From Phoronis australis (taxonomy: Eukaryota > Animalia > Phoronida), in assembly GCA_002633005.1 (NCBI GenBank), contig NMRA01000144.1:186001-250000 (forward strand): DNA of 64,000 nt, given 5' to 3'. This document shows positions 11,816-22,509 of this stretch, one piece after another. How positions within the stretch are numbered: position 1 is the first letter of the stretch; each line of letters starts with the position of its first letter. Below the pieces are notes generated by a model. It was not told the origin of the DNA, ran no database searches, and saw only the letters and a list, made by a program, of their open reading frames with translations. The position numbers and the translations under genes are program-made.

Positions 11816-14800
11816 TTACTGGTTTATATGTTTAGGAATGCGTTACTTTCTGTAGGTATTGGTGCATAATTAGAAGACAACAATAAGTTGGAAACAACAC
11901 CGGCTCAATACAAAACCGTACAGTTGCGCATGACGCGTTCGGACAGTCACACGAAACTCGAGTATAACTAGTCCGTACAGATATTTTGAGAGTACACTGT
12001 AGGTGTCATAAATCGCTACATACCTTAAACTACAAATTACAGATATCAAATAAAAGTCTCGTGGTCGTTGTCTATGGTTACATGGTTACTCAAACACAAA
12101 AAATAACCAAACAAGAACAAATGTAAAAAATTGACCTTCCAAGTTTCTTGCTGTGTAAACAATCAGTGAAATCTATATTGAACATAGTCTGTATAGGAAC
12201 CATAATAGTGTAATTAAGGTCACATTCAATGATTACTTTTCCACTGAGTACATACAAACAATTTCATAACCAAAAGACAAGTGTAAAGAAGTAAACGATC
12301 TCATAAAATACGCCTTGTCGGGGCATTTTAGCCGATTTTGCTCATGACGACGCCGTATTTCTCATGACCAGTCCATATTCGCAGTACAGGTCCCCACACC
12401 GCGAGGAGAGAGTTGCGTAACATTGCTACAGCCTGCATGCTGCGTTGATTCTGTAGAACACGCTCACGAGAGTGTACTTGTATCCAACGCACTGCAAACA
12501 AATGACCAAAGTCAAGCACAAAGAAGGCTGAATATTTTCTTTTTGTAAGTTTTGTAAAAATTATGGCAAAAAAATGAGTGAGTAATAGATTGTCACATCC
12601 AGGTATTTCTCATATCTAGAGTCTCCGAGGGATTTTGAGGAATTATCACCCTCGGGGCTAGCTCGCGAATCTGCATGCCACACAAAAACCGCGAAAATTT
12701 TACCCAGACCTCAATTAAAACCCTTTCAAAATCCTCATGACTATAGAGGGTTGATTTTGAACCTTCAGAAATGGGGACGAAAACAAAAACAATGTTGTAA
12801 AGCACTTATGGGCGGGCCATCCCGCTTTTACACTTCCTCGTAAATTTAAATCGAGTTCATATGTACCTGATTTAGACAACATACATGTATCCATTGTAAA
12901 CTACTGTAATCAATTGCCTAGTTTCTTTGTAGGACTACAATGCCTGCCTTGTCTTACAAACTAATGTTTTATTCAGGCGCCTTTATACCATAAAGAAACT
13001 GGGGGTAAAATGTGCTCCGTATTCTAACTCAAAATAAGAAGTGTTAGGTTGTATTGGGAAGAACTTGTACCTCATGTTTCTTGCACGAGACCGCCAAGCA
13101 CTTGTTCCTCCACACAGAAATGTCCAGACTAAAACTTGTGTGGACGCTGGCCATCTGTCTAATGACGTCGATGTGACCGATTAACCAATGACATCAACGA
13201 ACGGCGCTGAAAGTAAAGTACTGTACAGTGTATGGGAAACAATTCTTATCGTGCTTTCAGAGTATTCGAAAGTCTACAATAGTAGAGAACTACATTTAGA
13301 TTTGAAAAAACGATTTGGTCAAGTAAAGAGTGACCTGTAGACCGATCTCTGTTATAATGGTAAATTTACTGAAGCGTGCCAACCGCTCAGTCTCAACTTT
13401 TTGACATAAAAATATGTTAATGTATTGGCACATAAATTTAAAATATATTAGCCTCAACTACAGCCAGCTACCTCCTTATGAGATTTGGTTTTACCCAGCC
13501 AAGAATTAATGAGCAGTGCACGTACCAGCACAACTACTCATGGTAATAAACTATAAATTGTGTTCTTAAAAGTACACTTGTACAGCATGCGTGACGATAG
13601 TCAAACAACACTGCGTTCATCAATTAAAGGGGCGTATACTGTAAAGTGCGATAAAATTTAAAGATGTATTTGCATGCCTCTAACTATGGTACATGTAATG
13701 TATAGCAGTAACTAAACAACAATGCTGTTTAAACATGATCTACGCTAAACAAAGTGCAGTTGCATTTATTGACAACTTGTAAATGTGAAAGCAAAACAAA
13801 TGCAGTAATGACGTATCTTGGAGACTCACATAGCCCGCTTAATGCTGTGTCGTTCCCTAACACCACGTCACAATACTTACTAGATACGGTTGATCGATTT
13901 ACGGCGGATCATTGTGGGCACAAAACTGGTTCTTAAAAACAACTGGCAACTTCCAACCTACTCCATATTTTCATAGTTGCTATATATTGTGTTTCTAACT
14001 AATTTGACCGAGCAATAATAGAAATAAGGAATTAGCGTGCAATTTCCACATTAACGTTATCTCAAGCTTTATTAAATGGTTTCTATTCTAACTCGTACAA
14101 AAGAAAACTCAGTCTTTGTCAACTAGTAGACTTTTTTCTGAAAGAAAAAAATCACTGACTTAATTGTCTACAGCAAGTGTGAGTGATTCACATTCTAAAA
14201 CCTTTGTCTTTACAGGGTAGAAATCTTTTGAAACGTTGTAATTATTTGCCTCATTGCTTGACTAGTCAATTATATAACCTCTCTGGTTCATTTCCTTTTT
14301 ATGTCACTATGACACGCTGTCCTTTTTTGGATTTTGGCAACACTCTTCGTTTTTAGAATCAAAAAATATTTTAGACCAGTCAGGTATGAGAAAGAATAAT
14401 TGCTTATGAATTAAATTCGTTATCTTTTGGTTCTGGTATAATCGTCAAGAACTGACAAAAGACTTTCTAATGATATGGCTTTTACGCAATTCCGTTGAAA
14501 AAAGGCGGAGTTGCGAAAAGTTTTAATGACAGTAAATTCCATACCAAGTACACACACCGGAACAAACGAATGTATACAACTCAAACGCATGCGCGGCGCA
14601 ACCTCAGCGGCCGCGAGATCGGAGTGGCATTGCAGGGTTAGACAATGGTTATGTAACGAAAAAACTCGTTACTTTTTCCCACACAAATATCATAGCATTT
14701 GTTTTGATTGTCATTTCTAGGTGTTGTTTGTAAGAAACTAGCACACGCTGAAAAGACTCTTGGGGCTACGATGATTAATGACCGTCATCGAACAGTGTAG

Positions 14801-14839
14801 GCCTGCATGTCTGACGATTAAATTAATTCGCACGGGTAA

Positions 14840-16020
14840 CAGCTAGTGGGAAACGCCGAGCGGAAATAGCTACACCTATAGAGTGAACCGATCGAGTGTT
14901 CATCGCAAGAGACAGGAATACTTCTTGAAGAGACCGTGTTCAAAGCTTGAAGCAGAATTTCTGTCACCTGTCAGATTTTAGTAGGCAATTAAGGATCGCG
15001 GCTGTGGAATTCTTCCCCTGGGCAGCACAAATTTCTTTACAGAACATTTGACTCTGCCGTAACACAAAGTACGGTAATCAGATATTCTTCAGTTTAAAGT
15101 GAAAGCTAAGAAGGCATTTAAAATATTGTATAGTACACAAAGTATATAGATGTCAGTGGCGGATTTAGAGGGGGGGGCCACTGGGGCCATGGCCCCCCAA
15201 AAATTCTACAAACTTCCATTTGGCAGTTCGGGGGTGCGAATGTCTGAAGGGCAAAATTCTGGCTAATACTCTATTTGCCGTGTTCCCCAAACTCAAAATC
15301 CTGGATCCACCCCTAGATGTATTTACAAAAGTCGCATCATAAATGTTCATACTGAGGTAGAAAGCCAGCTAGCTCAAGACTTGTCAACATACAGCTAGGT
15401 AGCTGTGTGCAGAGCTCCGTTAAACACCGAAATTTCACACGACCCGGGTGCTCAGCTCGTCACCTCGTCGTGAAACTTAGAGCTTACAACATGCAGGGGT
15501 GCATGCAGAGTCTGGGAATGAATCGACATTCACAGTGCCCATCACCAAACAGCCGTTTATAGAAGTAAACAAAATCTAATAAACGTTATTTTTCGTTATT
15601 CTCCGTCTTTCGTATTGAGTACTTTCTGATATTTTTTTTAAGTACTAAAGTAGTAAAAACTTGTAACGAAATGAAACCACTTCCAGTTGTTATGACACGT
15701 ACGCAATCTCCACAGTTGATTGAAGAACATGTTCGGATATTGGCCCGATAGTGACGCAATGGGGCCCAAAGAGCGCATCGCAATTTTAGCCGTTACCCGT
15801 GCTTAAGCAGCTAGTGGGAAACGCCGAGGGGAAATAGCTACACCTAAGAGTGAACCGAGTGTTCATCGCAAGAGACAGGAATATTACTAAAGAGACCGTG
15901 TTCAAAGCTTCAAGCAGAATTTCTGTCACTGTCAGATATTAGTAAGCAAGGTGTGCGGCTGTGGGATTCTTTCCCTAAGCAGTACAAATTCCTTTTCAGA
16001 ACATTTGACCCTGCCGTAAC
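14840..16020 (+). repeat. ~215-bp direct repeat pair (14840-15063 and 15808-16020)
   Basis: cagctagtgggaaacgccgag...agaacatttgac.ctgccgtaac occurs twice, roughly 85-90% identical by eye. Confidence 0.9.
15154..15315 (+). mobile_element. 5-bp-TSD MITE (CAG family)
   Basis: cagtggcggattt...ggatccaccccta; TSD gatgt. Confidence 0.85.
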
Positions 16021-16133
16021 ATTCACCACAGGTTGTCATTGTTGGTCTAGTTCATTGTCATTGTAATTGACTGTACATGTATGTGTGCTTCATTACTTGT
16101 TGCTGGGCCTAGCTAGGTGGCCACTGTATTATC

Positions 16134-16179
16134 ACTTCTGAGGATGGTGTTGAATAAATGACACCGAAACACGTCAAGT
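16134..16179 (+). ncRNA. Minimal type I hammerhead ribozyme motif
   Basis: actt-CTGAGGA-t-ggtgtt-gaataaat-gacacc-GAAAC-ac-GTC-aagt: stem I actt/aagt, stem II ggtgtt/gacacc, intact core, GUC cleavage triplet. Confidence 0.65.
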
Positions 16180-18268
16180 CTTAAAACCGTTGTTGTTTTC
16201 TTCAAGCACGTATGTATGTATGTATTTATGCATTTCTTTATGTGTGTATGAATAAAATCTGTTTTGTTCTCCTCAGAGAACGATTCACCTCTGAATTAAG
16301 AACTTTAGTATAATTCGACAATCAAAATTGTCAATAAACCAATATTTATCTAGCAATGGAATGACAAAGGTGTCAGGAGTGCGCACAATGATGACAATTT
16401 TATCGGTTACGATTATTTTGCAAAAATTTTCATTTCACTCAGGCTATGGCCTTTCTGGGGACTCACAGAGCTACGAAATTCAAATTTAAGTCACGTCTAA
16501 GCCTGGGGCAGACATATCGATGCCATGTTTTCACTTCATAATGAGAATTCTGGCCTCAACTAAAGAGGAGGTCGTTGCTTCAAGTTCATCGCTGGTCACA
16601 CTGTAAGTCCAGTATCGACAGAAAAGTAAGAAAGTAGAGTTGCAGTTATACGAGAGCGAAGCTTGGTGGAGCAAAGTATGTTCAAATAACAGCAGTCTCA
16701 TTCACCGTATTGGTGGAACAAAGTCTAACCAGTTTAAGATTGGAATCTCTCATCGTGTAAGGCCAGAATATATTATGCAGGTATGTTACATGCACTTTTA
16801 CAAGGCCGCGTTTCCGATCAGTGTTGATAGGTGGCGCCTTCCACATAACGAGAATGTTATATCAAATGAAAAACAATACTATGAGGACAAGCAGAAGAGA
16901 AGCACAAATGTAGCATAGATGAAATGTGAGTTGTTACAAATTTGTTATTAAGGAAGGTATGGATGAACGGGAAGTTTTAAGTAGTGAATTTTCAGCACCA
17001 TCTGTGTAAGTTTAATCATTTTAAACCAGGTGCTTTCCAGTTACACCTAGGAGAGATTTATTGATGAATAGCCAAATTTACTGGCGACATCGTCAGGTAA
17101 TACATTCCTATTTACAGTTTCAATGAAAATAATAATATTTTAAAAAGCCCTAGCAACGAAATCCCCCCCACCATGCGACGCTATCAAATTCAGAACTTTA
17201 CCTTAAATTTGCATTTCAATGTCAAAATAGAAATCGTGCACGTTTTGTGACTTGATACAACCCAAGGAAATAAATATATAGTGTTGGACACATTTTCGAT
17301 GCTGCCGACAATTAGTATAATTAGAAACGATGTAATTTTGGTGACTGTTGTATAATTAATTAAACGTATTGGTTGTTTACCAAAATTTGTATCCTCCTAC
17401 GAGTGCATACATGTAGGTAATGATTCACCACATGTCTTTGACCAGTTGTGGGATGGTTATAATAGTCACTCTTCATTACTGGAATTCAGCTACTTTATTC
17501 AGTAAATCGTTTTGGAACTAGGAGTAGCATTTTGGAGGAAGTTTGTGGGTTTGATGTTTTAAACTATCTCACTCTTGTGTTAGCTACTCTAGAATTCATA
17601 TTGCTTGCAGAGAGGATACTGCTTGCTTCAGAAATATCACAGATACCCAGCGTTGGTAAGAGACAACTTTGCTTCTTGATGTTTGACTTTAAGCTTGTCT
17701 TTAGCAACAACTCTTTCTCAGTTACTTGACTAATTCATAGCACTTGTTCCTGAGCTACAAGTTTATGCTAAGTAGGCCTAGTCTTTGCCTAATTGTAAGT
17801 TGAATTTAATGTTATCAGATATGTAGTTTTCTGTATTTTAGTATGATGTATTTGATATTTCAGTTTGTATCTCTAATCATATCGTGTCGCGTATTATTAA
17901 TTTGAACCTTGTATTTGCATTCCGTACACATATCTTAAATAAAGTTTTATGAACCACTGTTACCGTATTATTATACGAGTGTAACCCGCTGAGCGAACAA
18001 CAAAATCAAAAACAAGAGATACACATCTAATGTCCGTGTGAATGCGCTACATTTAGTATCTGCAGTTTCACGAATTATGAAGATCTAGTGTCATTGCGTT
18101 TAAATATTTTATTTGAAGTCCATTTGCATAATAGCGGATTTGCAGCGCAAACGAACTACGCATTGCGCATGTGCGAGTTACTTCCTGCGCGAAGGCTCAT
18201 TGGATAGCTTGTGGTGAGGCATGTCTTAAGCAGGCTGGATAGTGTGTGCATTTGGAGTGATTTGCAAA

Positions 18269-19510
18269 CTAAAACCATGTTTCATTTTTTTGCTTTATAA
18301 TACCAAGCAGGTCCTCTCTCTTGTTTGTAAACACAGCGTAGCTATGATCGGTGACCGTGTGACCGAGGGCACGACTGTCGTCATGTTCAGTATTGGGGCT
18401 ATCGGCGTTGATTTCGAAATCTCCTCCGAATTCAGACAAGTTGAGAGTTCTTGGGTTGCTTAACTTTTGTAGCATTCGCCGTGAATATGCTAGAGACGTT
18501 AATTTTAAGAGGAAACTCTGTCGGAATGTTGTTCTCATACCTGTACGTCTTTTTTCCACCAGGAAAATGTTTGGTACACACACGATGGCCCCTACGCAAT
18601 TGCATCGCCCTGGATACCGCAGGCATTCCCGGGGTGATAGTACATCCTCACAAAAAGTTACTCATTTCAAAATACAGCAAATAAAATCAAATGAACCATA
18701 CATATAGGAACAAGGAGTTATAATTGACACTTACCACGACTCTCGATACAATTTAGTCAGCAAAACTTGAACAAATCGATGAAAATCTGTCGCGGTTTGC
18801 TCGAGTTTCTCTCAGTTACCGGGTCCAATTTTGAGGAAGTTACGTGAAATTACGCATGTTGACGACTAAAAAGTCCAAGGAACACACATCTTAGAAGTTC
18901 CACCCGATACCCTTTCGCGCTAGACGGTCAAGCACTTCGCTCAGTCTCGCGCTAACCTTTGCCTAAGTCACGTGATTCAGTTGACATGCTTTGTGGTTAT
19001 CGCGCACGCGGTGATAAAATTAACGGCAACCAAAAAAGTGGAGTTGTAATTCTTCGCGAAAGTCAACTTAATTCTCACAACTAAGCTTCATCAAAGATAT
19101 GTATAGAAGTAGAATAGAAGAAATGATGAAAGTAAGCGTTTTTTAAGTGATAGTTTTAAGTGGAGAATGTATTTTTGACGAGGTGAAAACTCGAAATCGG
19201 TAACCCAAATCCGGTCACGGCCCGTTTAAAATACACTGAAGTAACGAAATGAGTACAGAAAGCGAATGGAAGTATTGTAGCCCCTATTTGGCTAACCGAG
19301 GGGCTACGTGTTGTCTACGAGATGGCCCCGAGTTGGTTTGAATGCTCTAAATCTCCACTTACTCCCAGCTCTCCTAATGTTGTTTATCCATTTTTCACGA
19401 AGTTCTTGGTTTGCAGGGAACACATAAAACCTCAGATTTTTATCTCTCTTGTTTTTGAAGCAGCCAAGAACACAACAAGCGTATCCGCTGTAAGTTTTCT
19501 TCGCGCTCAT
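18269..19510 (-). pseudogene. THAP zinc-finger transposase N-terminus, split by an insertion and frameshifted
   Basis: Removing the insert plus one TSD joins MSAKKTYSGYACCVLGC...FYVFP...LREKWINNIRR...PTRGH|RVCTKHFPGG...IPTEFP (C2CH). A downstream frame has DHSY and a coiled-coil-like KREDLLGIIKQKNE. Confidence 0.85.
18593..19320. mobile_element. 728-bp unclassified insertion with a 9-bp TSD
   Basis: gatggcccc at 18584-18592 and 19321-19329; no clear TIR; subterminal hairpin tagcccct-N13-aggggcta. Confidence 0.8.
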
Positions 19511-21040
19511 ACCGCCTATTATGCTTGTTACTGTGGCCGCTTTCGGAATCCTGACCACAGCACCCACAATGCACCACTTTAACCTAATTTCAATATGGCG
19601 TCGCTGCAAATCCACTATTTGGCAATTTTTAAGACTTACATGGAAATGGGAATGTTAAAACACGGCGACTTTTCACTGTTACTAATCACAATAATTTGCG
19701 ATATCAAAATCGTTGAAACAAAATTGCTCTTCTGTGAGGGAAGCCGAGTCGGAGTCTACTCAGTTTGTGGACAGTCCTGATTTCAGAGTTAACTTTTCTG
19801 AATGGTACATGTATTTACAGTCTGTTACCTAATGACGATACTATACAATTTTCCAACCACTATAATGTCAAGAAATCTGTATATATCTCGAACTGTTAAT
19901 CTATAACCGAAGTTTTTAGCCTAATCGTCAAATCTCAGTCGCGAATAGCGGCCATATTGATTTCATTTCTTCAGCCGAGCGCTTTTGTCAGGAACGATCA
20001 TAATTAATAATAACGATGCTTATAGGATTTTATTTCTGTCTTGTCAGTTCCAAAATCATAAAAACTTTGTACCGTTGTGATTTGTCGATTATTTCAGTCC
20101 AGTGCGTGACTCCAGCCTCTGTGCCGGCGGCGATCGTGAGCTCAACTATTTGCCTGTAGTATTGACGTATACATGTATGTGAATAGCAGGGATTCCCACA
20201 AAATCTTGAACAAGAATAGACTGATAAGACTTTTTTACTGCAGCCATTACTTCAGCCAAAACTTGATGCCGAGGCTGACAACTACGTTTTCAGCAATGGT
20301 ACGACACAATACACTCTTAAGTTGCAATTGAAATGCCCTTACACGTTGGAGGTACCTTCATTAAATCTCCGTTTCTGTGACAGGTCGAAGCACGATTCTT
20401 GAAAATAGGCTTAGTCACAGCCTATCGCTTCTACCGTAATGCCATACTCGTGTCCTACGCACTGACGAACATATGTGCCAGTTCTGGAAATACAAAAACT
20501 GAAATATTGTCCCTCTCTCCGATTGTTATTGCTGTATCCTCCGCACATGGATCTCTTCGTTATACTCGTCTTAGGCAAAATTCAACACTCTTCGAGACTG
20601 CTTCGACCCACGTCTGGTGAAGAACAAAACTTTGGCCGTGGAGACAGGACTTCCACTGATAACGTCGAACAAATGTTTTAATTTTTGCGTTGCTTTGTTG
20701 ATTTCAAGTACACAAATTGAAGAAGAATTATTTAAAACAGCATACCAAAACTGTTGGTAACCGATTTCAAGCATTTATGACCAACGTGTGAAGGGTTTGA
20801 GCTTCATAATACATGTAGGTTTACACGCAGAATAGCGTAAGCCTGTACGTGTTCAAAGCCATTCATTTTCATTCAAATTAGATGTTTTTAGGGAGAGGCA
20901 ATATTTGGCAACAGCTTATATTGCCATATTTGACACTAATCTCGCCCCCTGGGAAGCGACAGTATCGAGGTTGAGGGACTATAGCCCCATTTTTTCATTC
21001 TTGCGCCGCCCCTGCATAAGTGAATTCAAGACTCTGTTAC

Positions 21041-21617
21041 GGATCGTTGTAAAAGCCCCTCGACCCGGCCCACGATCACCACGACCCACGGCCTGTGGCA
21101 ATAGATGAATGTTAATTTGCGCTTTTTACACATTTCGTTATGAATGACTTTCCCATCAGACGTACCTACAAGCGAATCTTCTCTGGCTCAAATCTGGTGG
21201 TTAAAACAGAAAGTGACGTAAGAACATGATCTGAAATTATAGCGAATTGTGAGCGGGCAATCGTTGTCGCGGAAATAGTTACACGAGCGGCTACCAATGG
21301 CCCTGATCTACTAAACTTAGGGAGAGAGTACGTTTAAACTTAACATGAATGGACATAACTTTACATTTTTATTATATGTTATCTACTCGGTAACAATATA
21401 CTTCATGTAACGTCGAGATACTATTTAGTTTACAGTTTGTTTTTTTCAAACTGTACATGTAATTACTACAGAAATTACAATTTTGCCGGTTCCTCGCACT
21501 CTCCCAAAATAGCTTGAATCTGCCATTCACTGAAGAGCAGGCGAGACGATCACATTTTGCCGGGAAAATCATGTGTAACGTTGGTAGGTATTGGAATTGA
21601 TTTGGTCTCGTTGTTTT
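21041..21617 (+). mobile_element. MULE-like MITE, second copy, running into the gap
   Basis: Homologous to 8042-~8650 along its length. Confidence 0.82.
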
Positions 21618-22218
21618 NNNNNNNNNNNNNNNNNNNNNNNNNNNNNNNNNNNNNNNNNNNNNNNNNNNNNNNNNNNNNNNNNNNNNNNNNNNNNNNNNNN
21701 NNNNNNNNNNNNNNNNNNNNNNNNNNNNNNNNNNNNNNNNNNNNNNNNNNNNNNNNNNNNNNNNNNNNNNNNNNNNNNNNNNNNNNNNNNNNNNNNNNNN
21801 NNNNNNNNNNNNNNNNNNNNNNNNNNNNNNNNNNNNNNNNNNNNNNNNNNNNNNNNNNNNNNNNNNNNNNNNNNNNNNNNNNNNNNNNNNNNNNNNNNNN
21901 NNNNNNNNNNNNNNNNNNNNNNNNNNNNNNNNNNNNNNNNNNNNNNNNNNNNNNNNNNNNNNNNNNNNNNNNNNNNNNNNNNNNNNNNNNNNNNNNNNNN
22001 NNNNNNNNNNNNNNNNNNNNNNNNNNNNNNNNNNNNNNNNNNNNNNNNNNNNNNNNNNNNNNNNNNNNNNNNNNNNNNNNNNNNNNNNNNNNNNNNNNNN
22101 NNNNNNNNNNNNNNNNNNNNNNNNNNNNNNNNNNNNNNNNNNNNNNNNNNNNNNNNNNNNNNNNNNNNNNNNNNNNNNNNNNNNNNNNNNNNNNNNNNNN
22201 NNNNNNNNNNNNNNNNNN
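21618..22218. other. Assembly gap
   Basis: Run of N. Confidence 1.
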
Positions 22219-22509
22219 GGTCCACAACACAAACTTTCCAAATCGGATTTGGATCACCAGAAGCATGTAAACGTTTACGGTAATGATGCTTCTAAAATTC
22301 CTGTGAGTGCGAGTCATGTCAGAATCTTTGGTAGGGACCTACTAATCGATTAATTGGAAGCTGTAGTTCAACTAATTGCAGCGCCCCCGATGTTACTTTT
22401 CCACTTACTCTTAGAAATACTGGATATAGGAGGCGCTAAAGCATGTTAATGCAAAGAAAGATGAAATGGTGACTTCATTCGCAGGTAAATGATATTTAAG
22501 ATGCCAGTG

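Larger units (their letters stand above)
18133..19616 (-). mobile_element. ISL2EU-like (PIF/Harbinger-related) internally deleted DNA transposon carrying a THAP coding remnant
   Basis: AT|agcggatttgcagcg ... cgctgcaaatccact|AT: 15-bp TIR with 1 mismatch and an AT TSD; THAP ORF inside. Confidence 0.72.

Noticed and set aside
21372-22317. Long ORFs of 218-289 aa (also at 39915-40637)
   Set aside because: Artefacts of reading through N runs.
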